A DNA stretch of 64,000 bases from Tubulanus polymorphus (taxonomy: Eukaryota > Animalia > Nemertea): assembly GCF_964204645.1 (NCBI RefSeq), contig NC_134033.1, forward strand, positions 2,004,131-2,068,130, given 5' to 3'. A model generated the notes under the pieces. That model was not told the DNA's origin and made no database searches. It saw only the letters and a program-made list of their open reading frames with translations. Every line of letters starts with the position of its first letter. Within the stretch, counting starts at the first letter, position 1. Positions 1 to 10,495 of this stretch are shown here, piece after piece. A program made the position numbers and the translations under genes.

Positions 1-84
1 AAGTGGTTGGTAAAACCCTGACAGGAGGAACCACCCCTAACGGAGAGGTGAAACATTTTTTGAACATTTTTTAGCATGAATTCA

Positions 85-240
85 GAATGAACCCAGGAAC
101 TGTAAGCCATGATAACCCAAAACAGTAAGCCCTGATAATGAACCCAGGAACTGTGAGCCCTGAGAATGAACCCAGGAACTGTAAGCCCTGATAATGAACC
201 CAGGAACTGTGAGCCCTGAGAATGAACCCAGGAACTGTTT
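85..240. repeat. 28-bp minisatellite (CCTGAKAATGAACCCAGGAACTGTRAGC), about 5 copies, plus an isolated copy near 381-415
   Basis: Visible tandem periodicity of 28 bp. Confidence 0.9.
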
Positions 241-721
241 GATCACCGTCAAATGTCACTGTAATTTCGATTATAATTGTAATTGCTTGTAATGTCCTCT
301 GGACCTTAGCATGTATTTATTTTGTATATAGGCCTACCATTGACTTGTTTAATAAAATTAATTTGTACTATAAAAAAAAAACTGTAGGCCCTGATAATGA
401 ACCCATGAACTGTGACAAGGATATTTGTTATAATTATTATTCTAATCTAATTAAACTAATGATTCCTCGTTGATCATCAGCTCTCAACTTGTTGATCTAT
501 TTATTCATCATAATGAAAGCATTTTAATTTTCGATAATGAGTGGTGATATAGCTACAGAGAGAACGAGGGGAGAGAGGGTGAGGGGAAAGGCGAGTGAAA
601 TGAGGGGAGGGAAGGTGAGAGGATAAAAGATTAAGGCTTTATCAAAAGGAATAAAGAATTTATCTAATTTGCAATAATGATCGGTTAATCAATGAGTTGT
701 GTACGAATCGTCTGCTCTCAG

Positions 722-910
722 ATGACGACAGACGGACGACTCGACCGGGAGTGATAACAACAACATCATCGCAGCAGCAGCAGCAGCAACCAGCATTCTA
801 GGCGTGGTTTCAATGACGATGTGTGCAACATCAGCAGGTTTCAGCATCCATTTCCATGCCAACCAGAAACAAGCCTACATATCTAACGCTACATACATGC
901 GTATTTCAAG
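722..910 (+). other. Probable 5'UTR exon of the 1138-aa gene
   Basis: CTCTCAG acceptor at 721 and strong CAAG|GTAAG donor at 910; no frame joins productively to the main ORF. Confidence 0.4.
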
Positions 911-1413
911 GTAAGAAGTTGCTTCTACGATTTTCTTTCTAAAATTTAATCGCCCTCATCGTCGTTCAACTTGGGCGAACTTTTCTAATCAGCAGTTCGT
1001 GATAAAACTTCGTATTTACTCGATTTTGACTTCCGAAATCAAACATATACTGAATCCAGCATTTCCACTCCTTTAGACGACAACTGTGGAACAGCTGAGA
1101 CATTGCTTGCGAAATTCCACATATTTGAAAAAAAAATTTTCACAAAAATTTTCGGCGAAATAAATTTCTTAAAGTAATAAATTTGAAATGAATCTCTGTT
1201 GAGTTTTTAGAATTTCTTATAAATAACAAATTTGGCAAATCATTCTATTCGCTTAGTACGATGCTAGTTCTAATGAATGTTCACGGGGAATCGATAAACA
1301 AAACTGCCAAATTTGGACCCTTCACACCCATGTATAAGTAAAAAAGTAAATTTTGTCAATTGGAACAGGGGTAGGGCCATATAGAATTCAATTCTTAAAT
1401 GAATTCATAGATA

Positions 1414-1576
1414 CAGCGGAACCTCGTTATAACGAACTCGGATTGGACCATTTTTCGGATATGACAAATATAGAATTTCGTCCCAAGCAAGAAAATTTAA
1501 TTAATTTCATACTGGATATAACGAACTATCGGTCATAACGAACAGATTTTCTGGGGCATGTAACGAGGTTCCGCTG
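1414..1576. mobile_element. Tc1/mariner-pogo-like MITE
   Basis: 16-bp TIR CAGCGGAACCTCGTTA...TAACGAGGTTCCGCTG, TA on both sides. Confidence 0.8.
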
Positions 1577-1886
1577 TAGTTTTAACAGATACATACTTGC
1601 GAGCGCTTTTTAAAACGTCATTATATATTCATCTTTTTCATAAGTCTTGAGAGCAGTTTTTTAAACCATCAAAATAAGCCATTTTCACGTCATTTTCACT
1701 AAGCAGTTTCTAACCCGTAAAAACAGTTTTTACTGTTGAGTAGGTGAGGCATTCCAAACATGAGGCGTGTATATATTCTAAGGTCTCTCAATACTTTGGT
1801 TTCGAATTCGTTGAATGATTTTCTCGAAAATATTTTTCCCTTTTATTCAACGTTATTCTTTTACCCGCTCGCAGCGCGTCTGCCGC

Positions 1887-1900
1887 GTAACCATGGTAAC
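1887..1900. promoter_or_regulatory. RFX X-box-like motif GTAACCATGGTAAC
   Basis: Fits GTNRCC-AT-RGYAAC; lies in a CpG-rich non-repetitive patch upstream of the 1138-aa ORF. Confidence 0.35.
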
Positions 1901-2004
1901 CGTTTACGGCGTTAAAGACAGGAAATTTCTGCTGAAACGCGACGCGTAGATTATATACATAACACATACCTGTGTAATCATTATTCACTTGAAAATTATA
2001 TTCT

Positions 2005-2816
2005 ACCCCATAGTCACCAGTGGGTTCCCCATAGCCAACAGTGGGTACCGCATAGTCACCAGTGGGTTCCCCATAGCCAACAGTCGGTACCCTATTGTCA
2101 CCAATGGGTACCCCGTAGCCAACAGTGGGTTCCCCATAGCCAACAGTGGGTACCGCATAGTCACCAGTCGGTACCCCATAGTCACCAGTGGGTTCCCCAT
2201 AGCCACCAGTGGGTACCCCATAGCCACCAGTCGGTACCCCATAGTCACCAGTGGGTTCCCCATAGCCAGCAGTGGCTACCCCCGGCCATAGGCACCAGTC
2301 GGTACCCCATAGCCACCAGTGGGTTCCCCATAGCCACCAGTGGGTACCCCATAGTCACCAGTGGGTTCCCCATAGCCACCAGTGGGTACCCCATAGCCAC
2401 CAGTGGTTACCCCATAGCCACCAGTCGGTACCCCATAGTCACCAGTCGGTACCTCACAGCCACCAGTGGGTACCCCATAGCCACCAGTCGTACCCCATAG
2501 CCACCAGTTGGCACCCCATAGCCACCAGTGGGTACCCCATAGTCACCAGTGGGTACCCCATAGTCACCAGTCGGTACCTCACAGCCACCAGTGAGTACCC
2601 CATAGCCACCAGTCGTACCCCATAGCCACCAGTTGGCACCCCATAGCCACCAGTGGGTTCCCCATAGCCACCAGTCGGTACCCCATAGCCACCAGTCGTA
2701 CCCCATAGCCACTAGTTGGCACCCCATAGCCACCAGTGGGTACCCCATAGCCACCAGTTGGCACCCCAGAGCCCATAGCCACCAGTCGGTACCCCATAGT
2801 CACCAGTGGGTACCCA
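2005..2816. repeat. 21-bp minisatellite (CCCATAGCCACCAGTGGGTAC), about 38 copies
   Basis: Clear tandem array; explains the overlapping ORFs at 1989-2894. Confidence 0.95.
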
Positions 2817-3342
2817 AATCAATTGGAGGGAAATAGTGACTCTGGACCAAGTTTCAGTTGTAGGGGCTTGATTTGACTCCAGATTCAGTTTCACAGTTAA
2901 GATCCAATCGTGCGTGTTCAGGTATCATTTTCAAAAATTTCTGAAAACTTTCATCAAGAAACCATTCGATAAAACCGTTTAAGCAACGAACAGACACTCG
3001 ACGACCCGCGAGTCAAATGCGGTTTACTCCATCAAAGCCGGGAACGACAAACGCGAACACTGCTCGATAATAATAAATTTGACTCATTCCACCCGAAACG
3101 AGGGAATATTTCCGCGGCGAAAGAAAAAAAATACAACAAACAAAACACAGAATCAACGCGGAATTGATTTCGACGTCGACACCCGAAGCTACGAACGATT
3201 AGCATATACGACAACAACATGGGAGCGATTACTCAAGGCAATCGGGTGTAACTGAACGACGGCCTCGTCAACTGACGACGTTTTGGGTGGAGTTTATATC
3301 ATAGCGATTGTTATATTCGGTTTCGCTTTATTGTTGTTGCAG

Positions 3343-3486
3343 ATAGATACACGTCGTCGAGCAGACAGGTTTTAACGGCAGACGGATTCTGAGACTGCAG
3401 ACGACTCTCGGGCGGTGCTGTAATGCCGGTATCATCAACTCCGAAACGTTTCTAACGCTTCAGAAAAGTTCTACTAGATAAATCCG
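3343..3486 (+). other. Probable 5'UTR exon of the 1138-aa gene
   Basis: TTGTTGCAG acceptor at 3342, CCG|GTAAG donor at 3486, stops in all frames; next acceptor TTTTCAG at 4250 lies 12 nt before the ATG. Confidence 0.5.
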
Positions 3487-3859
3487 GTAAGAATTATTTT
3501 CGGTAAAAAAAAAAAACAATTTCGATGTTCATTCGTAAGATACTTGAATTAGGAATATCAGTCAAGATGAAGCAGTTAACCCATTATCTGCTGATCCCGA
3601 GAATTCTAGGACAGACATCTCTGAAATGTTTTAAGTTCTACTCAAATCCCGGCAAGACAGATTTTCGGAAAAAATTTCATTTTTCATATTTGATTAAAAA
3701 AATATCTGTTCGAAATGTTCCTGTTAACCCTTTAACTGCCAAACCTAGAATTCTAGGATAGACACACCCTTAGTTTGAAGGACATTCATTAATGTGTGGT
3801 GGTGCCATCTACCAATTCATAATAGAACTACACAAACGCTAGAAGCTACAAACAATAAA

Positions 3860-4215
3860 TAAAAGATGGCATCTTCCATAAATCCACCTACGACATCATC
3901 AAATTGTTGAATGATATTAACTAGGTATTTCTAGAAAAGAAGGCTGCTCGCACATGACATCATCATAGAGACGTTCGTGCATTGATGACAAGATGTCTGT
4001 CTCAACGAATCCCCCTATGACATCATTGTTGACATCATACTCCGGGGACTTTTACACAGGGGACAAAAACGTCCGCATGGAAAATTTCGATCTTTAGACT
4101 CTTCTAGAAAAATGGCAGCCTTTATAAATCCCCCTATGACATCACAAAAGTTTAATCTACAGTCCCTTTCGGATAAAATGGCTGCATTTTCATATGTCCC
4201 CCTATGACATCACTC
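3860..4215 (+). repeat. Dispersed intronic repeat of alternating AAGATGGCTGCC / CCCCCTATGACATCA subunits (copy 1)
   Basis: Same family at 21460-21795, 32505-33010 (mostly reverse) and 38350-38750; long colinear similarity with the 38.4-38.7 kb copy. Confidence 0.8.
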
Positions 4216-4262
4216 GATTTGATGAATCATAAAACTGTTCTTATTTTCAGACATCAATCGAA

Positions 4263-7200
4263 ATGGTGGTGAAGAAGCCAGCGCCCCCTGTGATGAAAAA
4301 ACCATCATCGGGAACGAATCTCGAAGAGCTCGATACGATCTCGGCTACGATTCCCGGGCAGACGGACCACTGCACGCCGCCGGGATCAGTCCGCCGCGGT
4401 AAGACTAGTCCGTTGCTCGCGAAATGGACCGAGGCGACGGAAACGAAAGAGCGACCGACACCGGATAAACCGACACCGGGTAAACTAGCGATCAGTCCGC
4501 AGCTGGCCGGATTACTCGGGCAGGTCGGTAAACAACAGGAATCGACGGTGATTCATAACAAAAAGGAATCGACGCCGAAAAGGAATCCGAGTTTTACGGG
4601 AGCCGTCGACAAACTGCGACAAAACTCGAAAGACGAATCGACGCCGCATCTGGCGAAGATGGTCGCTGAATTACGAGAAAAATCCATCGACGAAAATGCA
4701 AATGATAATGATAAGGAGGAGGGGAAGGAGGAGCAGGAGGAAGAGAGGAAAGAGGAGCAGACGATAAAGAAGGAGGAGCAGACGGCTACGAATACCGGTC
4801 TAGCCGGAATGCTCGCTAAGATTCGACCGCCGAACGAGAACGCGTCGCAAAAACGAGGAGCCTTCGCGCGGATGGTCGAATCGGTGGAAACTATGACCGT
4901 CGATCGGGACGACGGGGACGTGGATAACGTCGGTGGAAGCGTTGATTCCACGCAGCAGACGGCGAAACCGAAAATGGCAGGAATGGCATCGAAAGTGATC
5001 GCCGGTTCACCGGCGGCGGCGGCGCCACGTCTCGCCGAGATGGTCGATAAGGCGCGTGCGTCGATCGACGCAGACGATGGCGAACAGCGGCAGACGGACG
5101 ATAAAAATATGACCGCCGACGCAGACGTGAAAAGTAAGCCACCCGCCCCGGAGAGGAAAAAGACGCTACAAGATATGATGACTAAAATGCGGTCGATGAC
5201 CTCGCAAGACGAGTCGCCTATAGAGGGAGCCACCGTTTCGGCGGGCGGAGGATTCGGGATGATGATAGAGAAGGTGCGATCGATTTCGGAGGATCGCGAG
5301 GAAGACGACGAACCGGCGAGCACGAACATCACGACCGAGGCGGAAATCGCCATTAACCGCGACGATGCGGACGAGTCGAAGAAGTCGACGGTCGGATTCG
5401 CCGGGATGGTCGCCAAAGTCCAAACGCCCGCGGCTGACGCCAAGGCTAAACCGCCGCGACTAGCCGAAATGGTCGATGAAGTGCGCACTTCGTTAGACGC
5501 CGGGAATAATAATCGCGGCGGCGATCCCGTCGACGCCATCGAAGAAATCGAAGACACGAAAAAAAAGTCGAAAAAGAAGTCGGCGCTGCCGGGTCTGTTC
5601 GCGAAAATACACCGACGAAAGTCTATCGACGAAGTCGAATCGAAGTCGCCGAAATTGGCGGATATGGTCGACGTAGTCAGGACATCGATGGACCAGAGCG
5701 ATGGGGATGTTCCGCCGAAGACCGACGATGCAGCGACGGATGATGCGAATGATGATGTAGATGAGGAGAGTAAGGAGGAAGTGAAGAAAAAGGAGGCGAA
5801 AGGAGGCGGTAAATTCGCGGGAATGTTCTCGAAAATTCGGAAAAAGTCGATCGACGAATTGGACGACAAAAAAGCGACGAAACCGAAATTAGCCGAGATG
5901 GTCGACGAGGTTCGTCTGTCGATGGAGCAAGAGAAGGAACCCTCCGGCGAACCGGAGCAGGAAGAATCGAGCCAGGAGTCGGAGACGAAAGAATCGTCGA
6001 AATCGTCGAAACTTTCGGGAATGCTGGCGAAAATTCGACGCAAATCGATCGACGAGTTGGAGAAGAAAGCGAAACCGAAATTAGCCGAGATGGTCGACGA
6101 GGTGAGGTTATCGATGGAGCAAGAAAAAGTGGAAGGTGGTGAGAGTAAAGAAGAAAAAGAAGACGGAACCAAAGAGTCGGAACCGAAAGAGTCAAAGTCG
6201 AAACTTTCGGGAATGCTCGCGAAAATTCGTGGAAAGTCGACCGACGAATTGGACAAGAAAGTGAAACCGAAATTAGCCGAGATGGTTGACGAGGTGAGGT
6301 TATCGATGGAGCAAGAGAACCCGCCGCCTCCACTTGCTGCTGCTGCTGCTGCTGCTGTTGCTGGTGCTGCTGTCGCTGCTGCCACGGATGAGCAACCACC
6401 GAAAGACGAAGAAGGAGAAAAGGATGATGAAACGAAGGAGAAAGAACCGTCGAAGTCTAAACTATCAGGGATGCTGGCGAAAATCCGACGCAAGTCGACG
6501 GACGGTTTGGACGACGACAAGAAAAAGACGTCGAAACCGAAGTTGGCCGAAATGGTCGACGAAGTTCGTATGTCCGCAGAAAAAGATGGCGGACAGGACG
6601 GCGGCGGACAAAATGGCGGACAAGACGGCGGCGGACAAGATGCCGGACAAGGCGCGGCAGACGGAAAAGACGAATCGGGTAAAACTATGCTGAAACGTTC
6701 GACGCTACCGCTCGGAGTGAGCGTGATGAAGAAAGACGAAATCGACGTCGGGGACGGGTTGAAAGAAAAGAGTCGGACGTCGCAGCCGAATCTGCTGGGC
6801 GGTCTCGTCGGCGAGGACGACACCGCCGCGAAACGCTCGAGCACGCTACCGCGCGTACTCGACGCCGAGAAAAAGAAAGCGCCACCCGCCACGCATCACA
6901 CGTTACCGCGCGCGAAAACGGTCAAGGACATGCCGCCGCTGGTTAAACCACCCGCGAACGTCGACGAACTTCTCGAGACTCTGCGCCAAGACGACGACCT
7001 ACGCACGCCGGCCCCGAACGCCTGCTGCCCCGGCCGTATACCCGGCTGCTCCGAGGAACTGCTGTTCGGCTCCGTGCAAATCGTCGTCGCCGTAATCATC
7101 GTCCTACTGGGAATCTCGGCGATCATCACCGAATCGACGTACGGACTGGTCGCGTATCGAATCTGGGGCGGAGTCGCGTTCGTCGTCGCCGGAGGCTTCA

Positions 7201-7679
7201 TTATCGGTATGCGCATACACTATCGATCGACCAATTACGCGTCGGCGTGTCTAGCGTTGGCCATGTTGTCGCTCGTGTTGGCCGGCGTCGGAATTACCGT
7301 CGATTATTTCGCGTATAAAATCGACGACCAGCGACCGGACAACCCGACGAAATGCGAAGGTTTCCGAATCGTCGACGGCGTCCGCGAGCCAAAGTGTTTT
7401 TCGGCGCCGCTCTGGGACAAGCGTATCTGGCACGTTGTCTGTCACGTTACGAGTATGGTGCTGTTCGCGTTGGAAGCGTTCGTCAGTTTCGTCACTACGG
7501 TGTTCAGTAGTCGACGCGTCTGCTGCGTCGAGCAGACGAACCCGACAGACGGCGACGACGAAGAGAAACTCGATTATTGCATGGACGTTACGCCGGATGA
7601 CAAACCGATAGACGCGACAAAACCGCCGACCGAGACTATACTCGAAGAGAAGGACGAACTTACGAAAAACGAAAACTGA
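4263..7679 (+). CDS. 1138-aa protein: long charged repetitive N-terminus plus C-terminal CD20/MS4A-like four-TM domain
   Basis: Uninterrupted 3.4-kb ORF just after a splice acceptor. Four hydrophobic segments (LLFGSVQIVVAVIIVLLGI; IWGGVAFVVAGGFIIG; CLALAMLSLVLAGVGI; MVLFALEAFVSFVTTVFS..VCC) match the CD20-like pattern G-x-x-Q, W-G-G, L-E, distal CC; Cys pair in the TM3-TM4 loop. Confidence 0.85.
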   Translation: MVVKKPAPPVMKKPSSGTNLEELDTISATIPGQTDHCTPPGSVRRGKTSPLLAKWTEATETKERPTPDKPTPGKLAISPQLAGLLGQVGKQQESTVIHNKKESTPKRNPSFTGAVDKLRQNSKDESTPHLAKMVAELREKSIDENANDNDKEEGKEEQEEERKEEQTIKKEEQTATNTGLAGMLAKIRPPNENASQKRGAFARMVESVETMTVDRDDGDVDNVGGSVDSTQQTAKPKMAGMASKVIAGSPAAAAPRLAEMVDKARASIDADDGEQRQTDDKNMTADADVKSKPPAPERKKTLQDMMTKMRSMTSQDESPIEGATVSAGGGFGMMIEKVRSISEDREEDDEPASTNITTEAEIAINRDDADESKKSTVGFAGMVAKVQTPAADAKAKPPRLAEMVDEVRTSLDAGNNNRGGDPVDAIEEIEDTKKKSKKKSALPGLFAKIHRRKSIDEVESKSPKLADMVDVVRTSMDQSDGDVPPKTDDAATDDANDDVDEESKEEVKKKEAKGGGKFAGMFSKIRKKSIDELDDKKATKPKLAEMVDEVRLSMEQEKEPSGEPEQEESSQESETKESSKSSKLSGMLAKIRRKSIDELEKKAKPKLAEMVDEVRLSMEQEKVEGGESKEEKEDGTKESEPKESKSKLSGMLAKIRGKSTDELDKKVKPKLAEMVDEVRLSMEQENPPPPLAAAAAAAVAGAAVAAATDEQPPKDEEGEKDDETKEKEPSKSKLSGMLAKIRRKSTDGLDDDKKKTSKPKLAEMVDEVRMSAEKDGGQDGGGQNGGQDGGGQDAGQGAADGKDESGKTMLKRSTLPLGVSVMKKDEIDVGDGLKEKSRTSQPNLLGGLVGEDDTAAKRSSTLPRVLDAEKKKAPPATHHTLPRAKTVKDMPPLVKPPANVDELLETLRQDDDLRTPAPNACCPGRIPGCSEELLFGSVQIVVAVIIVLLGISAIITESTYGLVAYRIWGGVAFVVAGGFIIGMRIHYRSTNYASACLALAMLSLVLAGVGITVDYFAYKIDDQRPDNPTKCEGFRIVDGVREPKCFSAPLWDKRIWHVVCHVTSMVLFALEAFVSFVTTVFSSRRVCCVEQTNPTDGDDEEKLDYCMDVTPDDKPIDATKPPTETILEEKDELTKNEN

Positions 7680-7750
7680 AAATATTGCCATCGTCGGTCG
7701 CGGGCAACCATAACAATCTTCAAACGAAATGACACCGAAAATCGAAAACT

Positions 7751-8075
7751 AGAGCTAAAAACATGGCACCTTGTTTCTCATTATCAGCCGGGCCACTTTG
7801 TAAACCGCAAAATTTTTTGTAATCAGTTCATTTCTACAGCTGCCGGGTCTGTTATTGTTAGCCTTGGGTCAGTTGCTGTCAAGTCTGTTCAAGATAACTG
7901 GCGGATAAATACCATAGAACTTTTGATAGTTACTTTACTATCCACTGGTTAACTCTGACCAACTGACCCCTGAACATGATTTTAAAAAGAGTAATGTACA
8001 GGGTAGATAGGCGGCCGCGGCTGGGTCGAATATTAAGCCAAGCAGAAATGAGAAACAAGGTATCGATTTTTTCAG
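7751..8075. mobile_element. Harbinger-like MITE (ACCTTGTTTCTC TIR family), degenerate, in the 3' region of the 1138-aa gene
   Basis: ACCTTGTTTCTCATT...AATGAGAAACAAGGT inverted repeat; same family as 10280-10495 and 27167-27377. Confidence 0.7.
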
Positions 8076-8322
8076 TAAAAAAAAACTTGTTTCGTGGCGC
8101 AATTCAGAACTGACGAGTTACCGACCGCAGTTGCGCAATCGACGAAATATCGGACGAATTTGAAAGATAATTGTCGTCATCATCACCGTGTGGGTGGATT
8201 ATTGGATTATTCTGATGTGTGTAGCGTCCATTGATGTACGCTGACTGCAGTGCTGCTCGTATTACTATCACCGCCGTTTATGATCTAACGGTAAAATCAA
8301 TGCGTCAATACTTTCGTTAGCT

Positions 8323-8424
8323 CTGGGCCCAGTTTCACAAAAAGGATTAAGGCCTAAATCGATCTAAGATAAACTGAATTAATGAAGATTTAAGAGTTAA
8401 ACCTTTTTGTGAAACTCGGCCCAG
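8323..8424. mobile_element. Short Harbinger-like MITE (GGGCCCAGTTTCACAAAAAGG TIR)
   Basis: About 20-bp inverted termini with CWG flanks; related copy at 52639-52775. Confidence 0.7.
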
Positions 8425-10279
8425 GCTCTGGGAAATAACGCCTCTTTATAAATACTCATTGTACCGATTTTTTTTTCGGTGAAAAATTTGAAAATTTAGA
8501 AAAAACAATATGAAAGACTAGAAAAGGGGAAGTTAGTATCTTTATTATATTCGGGTATTAATTGTTTATGAATCGCGAAAAAAACGCGCGGTCAACAGCA
8601 TTATCCGAATTCCCTGATGATGAGTTTTCCAGGTTTTTTAGGTAAAATTTGTCGAATTCCCCGAGATTTCCCCGATAGCTTCTAGATTTTTTTCTGAAAC
8701 CCGAGTTTTACAGGCCAGCGGTCACCCTGGCCCGAAACATGCGTATCGGTAAAGCGATTTAATTTCAGTGCGCTATAGGGCATCGAGGGTGTCGCGTTGC
8801 TACTACGTGTTTAGGGAAAAGACGAAACTCGATGCCCTGTTGGGTGGAGTTCACAATACGTGGCGAAATCTCATGGTTATATATATAGTGTATAATGTGT
8901 ATCGTGTGTTTATCTCTAACACTGAAAGGCAGGGGCGTGCTCGTTTCATCGCTAAAACAGCACACGCGCGTGCACATCGTCACAAAAATAAATCAAACGA
9001 ATTGTTTTACGAAGAGTTGAAACCAATTTTGACATTACACTAGACTCCGCGCTATGATCTCACGGGACCAATAAACGTTCGGCTCTGAAGCAAGCGAGTT
9101 CCGGTATAGTTTGAGTGACGATGGGTCGTCATCGACGAGAGTTAGGGATAATTTTGCCATTTTGAACATTTGTCACCAAAGGCAGTGTTCTCCACAACAG
9201 GTTTTCAAAGGGGCGACCAACCGTTAGATTATTTTTCATTTTTACTACTCTGAAAATCAGCCACCCCTTATAGAATATCTGCTGCCCCTACCAGAGCACA
9301 GACATCAATATTCTATCAATGCTGATAATTGCCTTGAAATATATTGAGCTCATATGAAAAATAGAAGATTACACCAAGATTAAACTTTAATTGTCAATAT
9401 ATTTTTTTCGGGGGGGGAGGATTGAAAGCCTTGCGCGATGTCATACACTTAACAATGAATTTAAGATTCCAGTATAGGCCTATACGGAAAACACTGAAGG
9501 CATGGCACATATTTTAAATGGTGCTATTCGGTTTAATAGTGGATGCGGAGTTTTAAAAAAATGGCTCGGAATCAGAATGAATCAAGTCGGATTCATTTCC
9601 GATTTAAATGAATCGCACCACCAGCCAAAAATGGTCAAACCCGTCAGCTCAATTAGTATCACTTCAGCTCAATTAGATTATATGGAAATAGGAAACTATT
9701 AAGTGGGTTAGGTCCAGGAATGTGACAGGCTTTCAGAATGTGGCAGCCTCTTGTAAATGTCTGTAGCAGGGACTGAAATTGTGGCAGGCTCTGGGAACAA
9801 TTACGTGGAAAAAATCGGCTGTGAAATCGTGCTCAAGAAATGTATTCATATTTTATGCATTCGTTTTCTCACTTTTTATGCAAATTATTATCGATATACG
9901 TAACAATCGTCCGTGTATAAAACCGCACCACTATTTCAGAGCATCGTCGAGTTCTATTTTCGTTAGATTTTCAAAAAAGACGACGAGAAAATATGATTTC
10001 TTTTTAAAACGTTTTACCAGGTGAAATCAACGGAAGGAGTATTTGTACAGCATATATACATATATATAAAAGTTTCTCTCTGTTTTTTTATTTCCTTTGA
10101 GCTTAGATTTTGTTTTGTGTCAAACAGAACGTCGTTTTTAGCGACAACTTTGGGAGTGAAATAATCAGAAAAAAAAAGTCATTCGGAGAGGATATCTTTC
10201 AGTCTGACCCGTATCCCGGCGGTGAAAGAAATACCCTTTTCTAGAATTCCCTTGCCTTATTATTATTTCTCTGTGATGA

Positions 10280-10495
10280 TTACAGCTCTTTTTGACATGA
10301 GGCTAAAAAACGGAATGCCTTGTTTCTCTCATAACCAGCCCGCTCATTTTCTAAAACTGCGATAGAATTAGTCCGTTATTGTTAGCTTGATCATGATTTT
10401 CTTAAAGTAATGTATAGGCTAGATAGGCGGTTCAACCTTTAAGCTGAGCAGAAATGAGACACAAGGTAGGCCTATCAATTTTTTTTTTCGCCTTT
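10280..10495. mobile_element. Harbinger-like MITE (ACCTTGTTTCTC family)
   Basis: GGCTAAAAAA..CCTTGTTTCTC and GAGACACAAGG..TTTTTTCGCC termini; internal similarity to 7751-8075 and 27167-27377. Confidence 0.7.

Noticed and set aside
1989-2894. Multiple repetitive ORFs (PIATSGY, HSHQWVP)
   Set aside because: Translations of a 21-bp minisatellite.
4553-6892. 779-aa antisense ORF and other ORFs overlapping the 1138-aa gene
   Set aside because: Ser/Phe-rich mirror of the Glu/Lys/Asp-rich sense strand; no independent features.
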